64,000 nucleotides of DNA from an uncultured Chloroflexia bacterium (lineage in GTDB: Bacteria > Chloroflexota > Limnocylindria > Limnocylindrales > CSP1-4). The translations under genes and the position numbers were made by a program. Positions within the stretch are counted from its first letter, which is position 1, and each line of letters starts with the position of its first letter. Below, in pieces: positions 19,546 to 30,200 of this stretch. Location of the stretch: the NCBI GenBank assembly GCA_963746845.1, contig CAVVCZ010000005.1:467591-531590 (forward strand). Direction: 5' to 3'. The notes under the pieces are model-generated. The model worked only from the letters and a program-made list of their open reading frames with translations. It made no database searches and was not told the DNA's origin.

Positions 19546-20226
19546 TCAGACGGGCGTCGGGACCGGCGGTCGCCGCACCTGCGAGGCGGCGACGGCGATC
19601 CACGCGAGCCCGAACGGGATCGCGAGCAGGGCAAGCGCATTCTGCGTGTTGAAGCCGAGCAGCAGGAGTGAGGCGATCACCAGGCCGACGCCGACCCCGG
19701 CGGTCGAGCCCCGCGCGATGAGCGCACCGAAGAGCAGCGCCGACAGGCAGAAGCCGAAGAAGCCGACGACCAGGAGCGGCCAGGGCGTGAGCAGCAGGAA
19801 CACGGACCCGATCATCGCCGCCGCGACGGCAAGCGCCACCGGGGTCCGGCCGGCGACGGCGGGACCGATCGACACCGCGGCAACCCCGCACAGCAATCCT
19901 CCGGCAAAGAGCAGGAGCCACGGCACCTCGGCTTCCTTGTAGCCGTCCGGCCCGAAGCCCGCCGTGTGCATGGCGACGCCGCCGAGGATCCAGAGCAGTC
20001 CGCCGAGGGTCGCGGCGAGCGCGGCCAGCGGCTGGCGCGACCCGTCATCGGCGGCCGATCCGGCGGTCCGCGGGACGACCTGGGGGTGCAGGCGCGCATC
20101 GGCGGCGCCGCGGACCAGGTCGAACCGGTCGCCGATCGACAGCGGGCGGGACGCGATCAGATCGGTGACCTCGGCCTCGTAGCGCTCGCGCCACGCGCGC
20201 GGGTACAGGGACAGCAGGCGGCTCAT
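19546..20226 (-). CDS. PadR-associated membrane protein (copy 2)
   Basis: MSRLLSLYPRAWRERYEAE N-terminus then multiple TM helices. Confidence 0.8.
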   Translation of the reverse strand: MSRLLSLYPRAWRERYEAEVTDLIASRPLSIGDRFDLVRGAADARLHPQVVPRTAGSAADDGSRQPLAALAATLGGLLWILGGVAMHTAGFGPDGYKEAEVPWLLLFAGGLLCGVAAVSIGPAVAGRTPVALAVAAAMIGSVFLLLTPWPLLVVGFFGFCLSALLFGALIARGSTAGVGVGLVIASLLLLGFNTQNALALLAIPFGLAWIAVAASQVRRPPVPTPV

Positions 20227-20546
20227 GTCGGACTCCCTCCGATCCGTTCGAGGCCTGTCTTCAGGAATCCCTCGAGCTGGGTGAGCTGGGCACGCAGGGT
20301 CGTCGCACCCAACCCGGTCAGGCGGTACGGGCGGCGGCGCTCCTCGGGCTCCAGGGCCTCGATCAACCCGCGCCGCTCGAGGCGGGCGAGCGCGCCGTAC
20401 AGCGTGCCAGGCCCGAGGGGCGATCCGGACATCTGCTCGACGTCGGTCATGATCGCGTAGCCGTGGCGCGGTCCGGCGCTCAGCGACACGAGGATGTAGA
20501 GCGACGGTTCGGCGAAGCGACCGAGCTGGCCGATCGGCTGGTTCAT
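20223..20546 (-). CDS. PadR-family regulator (copy 2)
   Basis: GPRHGYAI, GPGTLYGALARLE, RRRPYRLT. Confidence 0.9.
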   Translation of the reverse strand: MNQPIGQLGRFAEPSLYILVSLSAGPRHGYAIMTDVEQMSGSPLGPGTLYGALARLERRGLIEALEPEERRRPYRLTGLGATTLRAQLTQLEGFLKTGLERIGGSPT

Positions 20547-21280
20547 GCAGGTGTCTCCGTGTGACCGGTGGTGAGCGGGACGATGACGTCCGGTGGGTCG
20601 ACGATCGTGGGCGATCCGCGGAGGGTCATCCGGACCCCGATCGCCATCCAGGCAAGCCCGTAGGGAACGGCCAGGAGCGCCGCCCAGCGGGGCGGATCGT
20701 GCTCGAAGAGGCCGAACGCCGTGCCGGGGATCACGAACGCCGCGGGGACGAGCAGGGTCGAGGCCAGGAGCGTCCATCGCCATCGCGCACCGATGTCCGC
20801 CCGGATGGCCGCAAGCGTGAGCCCACCGCCGAGGAACCAGACGATCGCCGCGATGTAGGTGAGGAAGGCAATCCCCCACGGCGCCAGGTTGACCACCATG
20901 AAGGCCACCGCGAGCACCCCGAATCCGACGCCCATCGCCCGTCGAACCATCATGAGGTAGTCACCGGCCAAGGCGATCAGCATCGTCATGACGGCCAGAC
21001 CCGCGAGGGTCCCGGAGACCGAGGACCAACCCGGGATCGCGAGGCAGACCGCGGACAGGGCCCACAGGGCGCCGGTCCCGATCGTCACCGAGCCCGGGAT
21101 GCGGTGCGTCCAGGGGATCGGTGCGTCGGCCAGCTGCGGGTGGAGGTGGGCGTCGACCGCCCCGCGGATCAGGTCGACGAGATCCCGTGCGGCCGTCGGC
21201 CGCTGGGCGAGGACGTCGAGCATCTCGGCCTCGTACCGGTCGCGCCACGCCGCCGGATAGAGCCGGATCAGCCTCGTCAT
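20543..21280 (-). CDS. PadR-associated membrane protein (copy 1)
   Basis: MTRLIRLYPAAWRDRYEAE N-terminus then multiple TM helices. Confidence 0.8.
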   Translation of the reverse strand: MTRLIRLYPAAWRDRYEAEMLDVLAQRPTAARDLVDLIRGAVDAHLHPQLADAPIPWTHRIPGSVTIGTGALWALSAVCLAIPGWSSVSGTLAGLAVMTMLIALAGDYLMMVRRAMGVGFGVLAVAFMVVNLAPWGIAFLTYIAAIVWFLGGGLTLAAIRADIGARWRWTLLASTLLVPAAFVIPGTAFGLFEHDPPRWAALLAVPYGLAWMAIGVRMTLRGSPTIVDPPDVIVPLTTGHTETPA

Positions 21281-21549
21281 GGAAGTGCCCCTCCGGGAGC
21301 CGCAACGGGCGACGGCTCGCGCCCGGTCAGACGATACGCCGCCCCGCCGTCCTGGTTGGCCACCGGCTCGATCAGGCGACGCCGCTCGAGCCGGGCGATC
21401 GCCGCGTACAACGACCCGGGCCCGATCGGCCCGTCGAGCCGGCGAACCTCATCGAGGAGGAGGACCGCCGGCCGCGGGCCGTCGCGGAGCGCGACGAGGA
21501 CGAGCCTCGCCGGCTCCGCGAACCGACCGAACCGGCCCGGGTCGATCAC
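21277..21549 (-). CDS. Short PadR-like regulator (copy 1)
   Basis: GRFAEP, GPGSLYAAIARLERRRLIE, AYRLT; lacks the C-terminal helix of copy 2. Confidence 0.75.
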   Translation of the reverse strand: MIDPGRFGRFAEPARLVLVALRDGPRPAVLLLDEVRRLDGPIGPGSLYAAIARLERRRLIEPVANQDGGAAYRLTGREPSPVAAPGGALP

Positions 21550-21550
21550 C

Positions 21551-22117
21551 TCAGTCGGCCACGATCACGCCGCACGCCACGCGCGCGCCGCTGTTGCCGT
21601 TCGTCGCATCGGTGACCTGGTCGTCCTCGTTCGCGTGGATGATGAACGCGCTACCGACCGCCCCGGCCGTGGTGTCGAACAGCGTCGTCGGGCCGTTCGT
21701 GAGGGTGACCCGATCCGTGGTCGCGTCCAGGTGAGCGACGCCGGCCCGGTTCACGATCAGGTTCGGCAGGTCGCCCGCGTGAGCACCCGCCGGGTTCAGG
21801 AGGCCGTGCTGATGCACGAGCGGGTTGTAGTGCCCGCCGGCCGCCGCGAAGGTCGGCGTGCAGGACGCGACTGCATGGATGTGGATCCCGTGCAGTCCCG
21901 GCGTCAGGCCCTTCACATGGACGTTGACGTGCACGATCCCGCTGCCGTCCTGGACGAGCTTTGCCCAGCCGATCTCCGCTCCGCCCGCGTCCACGAACGT
22001 CGCGCTCGCGTGGGTCGCGCCACCACCGGCCACGGACGTCGCGGCAAACGCCGCGGCCACCGCCAGCGCGGCGCTCGCCCCGGCCACCCCGGTCAGGATC
22101 TTCCTGCGACCGTTCAT
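21551..22117 (-). CDS. sodC: Cu/Zn superoxide dismutase (exported)
   Basis: Signal peptide; HGIHIH, GGHYNP, HAGDLPNL, IIHANEDD, GNSGARVACG. Confidence 0.93.
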   Translation of the reverse strand: MNGRRKILTGVAGASAALAVAAAFAATSVAGGGATHASATFVDAGGAEIGWAKLVQDGSGIVHVNVHVKGLTPGLHGIHIHAVASCTPTFAAAGGHYNPLVHQHGLLNPAGAHAGDLPNLIVNRAGVAHLDATTDRVTLTNGPTTLFDTTAGAVGSAFIIHANEDDQVTDATNGNSGARVACGVIVAD

Positions 22118-22145
22118 CACACCCCTCCGTCGAGGCTCCGCACAT

Positions 22146-22182
22146 GATATACCGGATGTCGATATATCGGTTGACGATATAC
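22146..22182. promoter_or_regulatory. Putative PadR operator array
   Basis: GATATA at 22146, 22161 and 22176 (15-bp period); central palindrome cgatatatcg at 22160-22169; AT-rich island in GC-rich DNA. Confidence 0.7.
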
Positions 22183-22262
22183 TAGCGGAACGGCGCACCG
22201 TGTCAAGGCGGAGATCACCGGAGCTGTCCGGCGCGGCCCGGAGCGCGGCTACAATCGCGGCG

Positions 22263-23057
22263 ATGACCGAGACGCGACGATGGGCCGGCGCGGCCGACCT
22301 GACCCCCGTTCCCCAGGGCCGGCGACCGCGACCGGAGATCATCGCGCTGCCCGAGGGGTTGCCCTCGCTCGACGAGCTGTTCACGTTCATGCGCGACGCC
22401 GAGCTCCGCTTCGACACGCTCCGGATGCAGATCGAGGAGCGGTCCTTCACGGTGAGCGGCGAGCACCTCGTCGTGTCCGACGTCGTCCTCCGCCACCCGA
22501 ACGAGGCGAAGGTCACGACATCGACCCCGGGCCACGGCGCCCAGGGCAGTTACGAGATCTGGCTCGGCGACGGCGACATCGTCCGGACGTACAGCAGCAC
22601 CCACAAGCTCGGAACGGAGCGACCGGTCCGACGAACGCTGGTCGGCGTCAGCGGGCCTACGAGCCGCGAGCTGCCCGGCACGTCCCGCGTCTATCAGCCG
22701 TTGACGGGGCTGCCGATGGAGACGCTGCCCGAAGCCTTCATCCACCCGGCCGGTTACTGCCAGAACGTCCTCTCGACCGGGGCGTGTCGGGTCGTCGGGC
22801 CGGGCGAGGTCGCCGGACGGCAGGCGATCGTCGTCGAGTGCGACCACCCGCGGACGATCGAGATGGCGGCCGACCGGCCGGACTTCCGGATCCGGATGGC
22901 GGTGGACCGAGCCGACGGCGTGATCCTCCGACTCGAGGAATCGATCGGCGGCGTCCCGACGCGCGATGCGCGCGTGACCGAGTACGCGCCGGACGCGCCG
23001 CTGACCCCGAACGCGTTCGACTTCGTGTTCCCGACCGGGACGACGATGCTCTACTGA
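22263..23057 (+). CDS. Hypothetical protein, probable LolA/RseB-like beta fold
   Basis: EVAGRQAIVVE, IRMAVDRADGVILRLE, C-terminal AFDFVFPTG pattern; TACAAT 7 nt before ATG. Confidence 0.6.
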   Translation: MTETRRWAGAADLTPVPQGRRPRPEIIALPEGLPSLDELFTFMRDAELRFDTLRMQIEERSFTVSGEHLVVSDVVLRHPNEAKVTTSTPGHGAQGSYEIWLGDGDIVRTYSSTHKLGTERPVRRTLVGVSGPTSRELPGTSRVYQPLTGLPMETLPEAFIHPAGYCQNVLSTGACRVVGPGEVAGRQAIVVECDHPRTIEMAADRPDFRIRMAVDRADGVILRLEESIGGVPTRDARVTEYAPDAPLTPNAFDFVFPTGTTMLY

Positions 23058-23084
23058 CCCTCGCCGTCGGCGCGGCACGAATCG

Positions 23085-23111
23085 GAACGCCCGGCCGGTG
23101 GCCGGGCGTTC
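23085..23111. terminator. Hairpin between convergent genes (probable bidirectional terminator)
   Basis: gaacgcccggcc-ggt-ggccgggcgttc, perfect 12-bp stem. Confidence 0.7.
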
Positions 23112-23138
23112 TCGTTCAGCAGCGGGAGGTGAACGACC

Positions 23139-24761
23139 TCAACCGCCGGCAAGCTCCAGGTCGCGCTCGATCGCTACGAGCTCTTCCGGTGTGCCCTGGA
23201 CCTTCGGCCCCTTGAACCAGTTCCTGGCCGAGACCGCATACCAGAGCGCGGCCCCACCGAGCACCACGAGGAACACGACCGGCGCGTAGTTGAACGTGCT
23301 GATGGTGATCGGCTGGGCCTGCGGCAGCATGAACAGGATCGAGACGAAGACGACCCAGATCGTCGCCACGATTCCGATCGGCCGGCCCCAGCGGCCGAGC
23401 GTCCACGGTCCGGCCTCGAATTTCGAGCCCGCGCGCACCCTCAGGAACACCGGCGCGATGTAGGCGATGTAGAGACCGATCACCGCGATCGAGGTCACGG
23501 CCGCGTAGGCGACCGAGCTGTACAGGTACGGCAGGCCGAGGATGAACGCGCCGACCGCGGCCAGCCAGATCGAGTTCGTTGGTGTCCGGGTCCGCGGGTT
23601 GATCCGGTGCCAGAACGAGCTGCCGGGAACGGCGCCGTCGCGCGAGAACGCGTAGATCATCCGCGAGTTCGCCGTGACCGACGACATCCCGCAGTAGAAC
23701 TGGGCGCCGATCACCAGCAGCAGGATGAACAGGCCGCCGGTCTGGCCGACCGCATCGATCCAGATCGTGACCGGTGGGCCTGCGTTGGACAGCGTCGCGT
23801 ACGAGTCGAGCGCGTGCTGATAGCCGGCGGCGCCGTTCGGCGTGCCGTCGGCGGCCGGGAAGACCATGTCCGGGGTCGTGCCGATGTTCATCGCGACGAG
23901 GAGGATGAACCCGAAGATGACCGACACCACGACCGAGAAGACGATGCCTCGTGGCGCGGACCTCGCCGCCTCGTGGGTTTCCTCGGACATGTGCGCCGAT
24001 GCGTCGTAGCCGGTCAGCGTGTACTGCGCGTTGAGCAGCCCGATCAGCGCGACGTACAGCGGGATCCCGAAGATCAGCGGCCCGGGCCACTGCGGGTTGG
24101 TCCCGCCGCTGCCGGTGTTGTTGACGAAGGTCGAGAAGACGGTCCCGACGTCGGTCCGGCTGTGCTGGTTGAGCACGACCGTGACAAGGACGATCGCCGA
24201 CACGCCGACGACGTGCCACCAGACCGAGATGTCGTTGAGCAACGCGACCAGCCGGATGCCGAAGGTGTTCAGCAGCCCATGGATGAACAGGACGATCCCG
24301 AAGATCAGGATCGTGACCGGCGGCGCAGTCGAGACGCCCCACACGATGTTCAGGAAGGCGTTGATGAAGAACGCGAGCCCGAAGTCGATGCCGGCGGTGA
24401 CCGCGACCTGTCCGACGAAGTTGAACCAGCCGACGAACCAGCTCCAGGCCGCCGCGTTGCCGCCGGACTCCGGCGCCAGCTTGGCGGCCCAGTAGTAGAG
24501 ACCGCCGGCGGTCGGGTAGCTCGACGCGACCTCGGCCATGCCGAGCGCGACCAGCGTCACGAAGAACCCGACGACGAGCCAGCCGAGCGTCATGACCGCG
24601 GGCCCGCCGGTGTTCATCGCGAACGCGTAGAGCGTGAGGCAGCCCGACAGGATCGAGATGATCGTGAACGAGACCGCGAAGTTGGAGAACGTCCGCATCC
24701 CGCGGCGCAACTCCTGGGCGTACCCGAGCTGGTGGAGTTGCTCGGTGTCCGAACCTGCCAT
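23139..24761 (-). CDS. APC-family amino acid/amine permease
   Basis: LGYAQELRR..FSNFAVSFTIIS, YPTAGGLYYW, GYDASAHMSEET. Confidence 0.92.
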   Translation of the reverse strand: MAGSDTEQLHQLGYAQELRRGMRTFSNFAVSFTIISILSGCLTLYAFAMNTGGPAVMTLGWLVVGFFVTLVALGMAEVASSYPTAGGLYYWAAKLAPESGGNAAAWSWFVGWFNFVGQVAVTAGIDFGLAFFINAFLNIVWGVSTAPPVTILIFGIVLFIHGLLNTFGIRLVALLNDISVWWHVVGVSAIVLVTVVLNQHSRTDVGTVFSTFVNNTGSGGTNPQWPGPLIFGIPLYVALIGLLNAQYTLTGYDASAHMSEETHEAARSAPRGIVFSVVVSVIFGFILLVAMNIGTTPDMVFPAADGTPNGAAGYQHALDSYATLSNAGPPVTIWIDAVGQTGGLFILLLVIGAQFYCGMSSVTANSRMIYAFSRDGAVPGSSFWHRINPRTRTPTNSIWLAAVGAFILGLPYLYSSVAYAAVTSIAVIGLYIAYIAPVFLRVRAGSKFEAGPWTLGRWGRPIGIVATIWVVFVSILFMLPQAQPITISTFNYAPVVFLVVLGGAALWYAVSARNWFKGPKVQGTPEELVAIERDLELAGG

Positions 24762-24911
24762 CCCTTCCTCCATTCGTCGCATCTGACGATTCGCCGGGAC
24801 GCGGGGACTCCCCCGTCGCAACAATAGGCCTCGCCGAACGGCGCACACAAGACGAGGCGCAGCGTGCGACCCACTGAACGGGGTCGCGGCGCGGGCGCCG
24901 GGAGGTGGGCG

Positions 24912-25670
24912 ATGGGCGACCGGCTGGCCGGCAAGGTGACGATCGTGACGGGTGCCGGGTCCGGGATCGGCCGCGCGACGGCGATCCGGTTCGCCGAGGA
25001 GGGCGCGCGGGTCACCTGCGTCGACATCGCCCGCGACGCGGTCGAGGCCACCGCGGCGTCGATCGGCGAGGCCGCCCACGCGGTCACCGCCGACGTGTCG
25101 GACCCGGCCCAGGTCCGCGCCTACACGGACGCGACCGTCGAGCGCTGGGGCGGGCTCCACGCCGTCTTCAACAACGCCGGGGTGAACATCCCGGGCGTGT
25201 TCCACGAGGTCCCGGACGAGATCATCAACCGGACCCTGGACGTCAACGTCAAGGGCTGCATCTACGGCTGTCGGTACGCGATCCCCCACATGCTGCGCGG
25301 CGGCGGCGGATCGCTGATCAACACGAGCTCGGTGAACGGGCTCGTCGCGGAGCCGTTCCTCGCGATCTACGCGACGTCCAAGGGCGCGATCGTCATGCTC
25401 AGCAAGGGGATCGCCCTCGACTACGCCAGGCAGGGGATCCGGTGCAACGCGATCGCGCCGGGCTGGGTCGACACCCCGATCAACTACGCCCACGCGGAGA
25501 TGCTCGGCGGTCTCCAGGAGGTCTATGCGACGATCGACTCGTTCCAGCCGATCGGCCGGCCCGGTGAGCCGCGGGAGATCGCCAACGTCGCGCTCTTCCT
25601 CGCTTCGGACGAGTCCTCGTTCGTCACCGGGAGCGTCGTCGTCGCCGACGGTGGGATGACCGCGAAATGA
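24912..25670 (+). CDS. SDR-family oxidoreductase
   Basis: TGAGSGIG, NNAG, YATSK. Confidence 0.92.
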   Translation: MGDRLAGKVTIVTGAGSGIGRATAIRFAEEGARVTCVDIARDAVEATAASIGEAAHAVTADVSDPAQVRAYTDATVERWGGLHAVFNNAGVNIPGVFHEVPDEIINRTLDVNVKGCIYGCRYAIPHMLRGGGGSLINTSSVNGLVAEPFLAIYATSKGAIVMLSKGIALDYARQGIRCNAIAPGWVDTPINYAHAEMLGGLQEVYATIDSFQPIGRPGEPREIANVALFLASDESSFVTGSVVVADGGMTAK

Positions 25671-25713
25671 CGTCCACGGCACGACACCGCCGGCGCGGCG
25701 GAGGAGGGTTCCC

Positions 25714-27132
25714 ATGACCACCGCGGCCCACGGCGACCATGGCGCGCACCAGGGCGGCTCCGATCATCCCCGTCTGCAGGAGCTGCAGGCCATGGTCCGC
25801 GACGGCCGGATCGACACGCTGATCGTCGCGATCACCGACATGCAGGGCCGGCTGATGGGCAAGCGCGTCCAGGCCCAGGCGTTCCTGAACGGCGTCATCG
25901 ACCACGGCGCCCACTTCTGCACGTACCTCCTCGGCACGGACATGGAGATGAACACGCCCGAGGGGTTCGCCCTGATGAACTGGGAGACGGGCTACGGCGA
26001 CTGGATCGCCGAGCCGGTCTGGGACACGCTGCGCGTCCTGCCGTGGCTCGAGAAGACGGCCCTCGTCCTGTCCGACACCTACACGGACGAGGACCACCAG
26101 GAGATCGCCGTCTCGCCGCGGACGATCCTCAAGCGCCAGGTCGCGCGGGCCGCCGACGCCGGGATCGCGGTGAAGGCCGGCTCGGAGTTCGAGTACTACG
26201 TCCTCAAGGAGTCGTGGGAGGAGTCGGCCCGGTCCGGCTGGGGCATCCCCCAGCGGTTCGGCTACTACAACGAGGACTATCACCTGCTCCAGGCGACCAA
26301 GGCCGAGCCGCTCCACCGGCTGCTGCGCAACCAGATGACCGAGGCGCGGATCCCGATCGAGTTCAGCAAGGGCGAGGCCGCACCCGGCCAGCACGAGGTG
26401 AACATCCGCTACGACCACGTCCTCGAGTCGGCCGACCGGAGCGTGCTGTTCAAGCACGGCGCGAAGGAGATCGCCTACCTCAACGGCTGGGGGATCACGT
26501 TCATGTCCAAGCCCGACCACACCTGGACGGGCTCGTCGGGCCATCTCCACATGAGCATCTGGGACGCCGCCGGCGACCACCCTCTGACCCACGATGAGAC
26601 GGCCGGACTGCCCTACGGGATCAGCCGCCAGTTCAGCCAGTTCGTCGCCGGGATGATGGCCCACTCCCGGGAGCTGGCCGTCTTCATCGCCCCGAACATC
26701 AACTCCTACAAGCGCTACGCGTCGCTGTCGTGGGCTCCGGTGAACATCGTCTGGGGCCGCGACAACCGCACGACCGGCTTCCGGATGGTGGGTCACGGGC
26801 CGGCGCTCCACGTCGAGGACCGCTTCCCCGGCGGCGACATGAACGCCTACCTGACGTACGCCGCGATGATCGGGGCCGGCCTCCGGGGCATCGAGAAGGA
26901 GATGACCCTCGTCGACGAGTTCAAGGGCAACGGCTACATCGCGAAGGGCGTGCCCCGGATGCCGCGGGCGCTGTACGAGGCAATCGCCGAGCTCGAGAAG
27001 AGCGAGGCGGCGGTCGACATCTTCGGCCAGGACGTCGTCGATCACTACCTGAATGCGGCGCGCGTCGAGCAGGAGACCTACGACGCGATGGTCCACGACT
27101 GGGAGCGCGAGCGGTACCTCGAGCGCTCCTAG
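25714..27132 (+). CDS. Glutamine synthetase-like gamma-glutamyl-amine ligase (PuuA/GlnA4-like)
   Basis: DMQGRLMGKR, GSEFE, GQHEVN, TFMSKP, GHLHMS, WGRDNRT. Confidence 0.88.
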   Translation: MTTAAHGDHGAHQGGSDHPRLQELQAMVRDGRIDTLIVAITDMQGRLMGKRVQAQAFLNGVIDHGAHFCTYLLGTDMEMNTPEGFALMNWETGYGDWIAEPVWDTLRVLPWLEKTALVLSDTYTDEDHQEIAVSPRTILKRQVARAADAGIAVKAGSEFEYYVLKESWEESARSGWGIPQRFGYYNEDYHLLQATKAEPLHRLLRNQMTEARIPIEFSKGEAAPGQHEVNIRYDHVLESADRSVLFKHGAKEIAYLNGWGITFMSKPDHTWTGSSGHLHMSIWDAAGDHPLTHDETAGLPYGISRQFSQFVAGMMAHSRELAVFIAPNINSYKRYASLSWAPVNIVWGRDNRTTGFRMVGHGPALHVEDRFPGGDMNAYLTYAAMIGAGLRGIEKEMTLVDEFKGNGYIAKGVPRMPRALYEAIAELEKSEAAVDIFGQDVVDHYLNAARVEQETYDAMVHDWERERYLERS

Positions 27133-27236
27133 ACCACACGGCGAGGGTCGCGTGACGGACAGCGACGGGATCGTCCCGGGCGCTATGCTCGCCGCCACGA
27201 GCGCGGCGCGGAGACCGCCTGCAACCCGGGAGCAGC

Positions 27237-30200
27237 GTGGCGTCGAAGCGTCAACGATCGACCAGCCCACCGCCTGCACCTGACGACGTCGATGCGCTGC
27301 GCGCACGGGTGACGCAGCTCGAAGCCCGCGAGGCGGAGCACGCCCGGTCGGAACGGGTCCAGGCCGCCCTCTACCGGATCGCCGAGGCGGCCAGCGCGGC
27401 GACCGACCTCCCGTCGTTCTACCGGACGGTCCATGAGATCGTCGGCGGGCTGATGTACGCCCAGAACTTCTACATCGCCCTCCACGACGCGGAGCGCGGG
27501 CGGATGAACTACCCGTACTTCGTCGATGAATTCGACAAGGACATCCCGGACCCGAACGCCTGGGAGCCGTTCGGCGAGGGTCAGGCCCGCGGGGTCACCG
27601 CGTACGCCCTGCGCCTGGGCCGCCCGCTCCGGATCGACGGTGCGACGTACCGAGCCCTCATCGAGAGCCACGAGATCGAGCTGCTCGGTGTCGTGACGGA
27701 CGAGGCCGTCTGGTTGGGTGTCCCACTCCCTGCCGAGGGACACAGCCAGGGCGTGCTCGTGATCCAGAGCTACTCCGCGGACCACCGCTACTCGGAACGA
27801 GACCTGGACCTGCTGACGTTCGTCGGCCAGCACGTCGGGTCCGCCCTCAGCCGGGTCCGCGCGATCGAGGAGACCCGCCAGCGCAATGCCGAGCTGGGCC
27901 TGATCAACGAGATCGGCGCCGCCCTCGCGAAACAGCTCGACTTCGACGCGATCATCCAGCTGGTCGGCGATCGAGTCCGCGACCTGTTCGCCGCCAACTC
28001 GATGTTCATCGCCCTCCACGACCCGGCGACGAATCTGGTCACCTTCCCCTACGACCTCGACGAGGGCAAGCCGTTCGAGCGCGGCCACTGGCCGCTCGGG
28101 CCGGGCATGACGTCCCAGGTGATCACGACCGGGGAGCCACTCCGAGTCGGCGATGCAGCCGAGCAGGCGGCGGCCGGCGCGATCCAGGTCGGCGGGGCGG
28201 ACACCCTGTCGTGGCTCGGCGTGCCGATCACCGGGGCCAGTCGGGTGATCGGCGTGCTTGGCCTCGAGAGCCTCCAGGAGCACGCCTACACCGAGGCCGA
28301 CGAGCGCCTCCTCGGGACGCTCGCGGCGAGCATGGGCGTCGCCCTCGAGAACGCCCGCCTGTTCGACGAGACGACTCGACTGCTGACGGAATCGAACGAA
28401 CGGGCCGCCGAGCTCTCGGTCGTCAACGAGATCGGCGCCGCCCTCGCCGACCAGCTGGAGTTCCAGGCGATCATCGACCTGGTCGGGGCGAGGGTCGACC
28501 AGATCTTCGAGCCGGTGTCGATGTACATCGCGCTCTACGACGCCTCGACGAACATCGTGGAGTTCCCGTACTCGACGGACTTCGGCCACGACGTCCGGAC
28601 GACGGTCGGCCGGACCGCGATGGAGCTCGGCCCGGGCCTGACATCGCGGATCATCGAGATGCGCCGGCCGGTCCGGGTGGGATCCAACGACGAGGCGGAC
28701 GCGCTCGGCGCCATCCAGGTCGGTGGACCCGACACGGAGTCGTTCCTGGGCGTCCCGATCATGAGTGGCGATCGCGTGACCGGCGTTATCGCGATGGAGC
28801 GCCTGGAGCGCGACGCCTACACGGCGAACGACGAACGGCTGCTGTCGACGCTCGCGTCCAGCATGGGCGTCGCGCTCGAGAACGCCCGCCTGTTCACCGA
28901 GACCAACGAACGGGCCGCCGAGCTCGCTGTCATCAACGAGGTCCAGGCCGGGCTGGCCGAGCAGCTCGACTTCGACGCCATCGTCCACCTCGTCGGCGAC
29001 CGGATCCGCGGGATCTTCAAGGCGCGGACGATCTACATCGGCGTCCTCGACGCGGCCACACGGACCTTGTCGTTCCCGTACGACCTGACCGACGGCAAGC
29101 CCGTCCACACGGAGCCGTATGTGGTGGGGCCGGGGCCCGTGTCGACCGTCGTGGAGACCGGCAAACCCGTCCTGCTCCGGAGCGCGGATGAGGCGCGGCA
29201 GGCCGGTCACGTCGACTACGGCACGCCGACCGAGTCGTGGCTCGGTGTCCCGATCGTCACGGCGGACCGCGTCCTGGGTGCGCTGGTGGTCGAGTCGCCG
29301 GACCGCGATGCCTACGACGAAGGGCATCAGCGACTGCTCTCGACCCTGGCCTCCAGCATGGGCGTCGCGCTCGAGAACGCCCGGCTGTTCGACGAGACCC
29401 GTCGCCTGCTGACCGAGACGAACGAACGGGCCGCCGAGCTCACGGTCATCAATGAGATCGGCTCGGCCCTCGCCGAGCAGCTCGAGTTCGACTCGATCAT
29501 CGAGCTCGTCGGTCGCCGGATCGCCGACATCTTCCATGTCGACGCGCTCCAGATCCTGCAGTACCACGAGGTCGAGGGCCGGATCGAGCGCCGGTACGGG
29601 ATCGAGGGCGGCAAGCGGAGCGAATCAATGGCCTTCCCGTTCGGCGAGGGGCTCACCTCGAAGGTCATCCGGTCCCGGACGCCGCTGAACATCGGATCGG
29701 ACGACGACATGAACGCCGCCGGGGCGATCCGGACCGGACTCCGGAACGAGTCCTGGCTCGGCGTCCCGATCCCCGCGGGCGATCGGATCTTCGGCGTGAT
29801 CGCTCTCGAGAGCATGGAGAAGCGGACGTTCGACGACGCCCATGTCCGGCTGCTCAGCACCCTCGCGACGAGCATGGGCGTGGCCCTGGAGAACGCCCGA
29901 CTGTTCGACGAGACCCGCCGGCTTCTGACCGAGACGAACGAACGGGCCGCCGAGCTCGCCCTGATCAACGACATCCAGGCGGGCCTCGCCCAGAAGCTCG
30001 ACATCCAGGCGATGTACGACCTCGTCGGCGACAAGATCCAGGAGATCTTCGACGCCCAGGTCGTGGACATCGGGATCTACGACACGAGCGCCGGCCTCGT
30101 TCGCTTTCCGTACACGATCGAGCGCGGCGTTCGGTTCCCCGACGAGCCGGTCGAGATCGGCGGGGCAAGCGGCTGGGTCTACCGTCATCGGCAGCCACTC

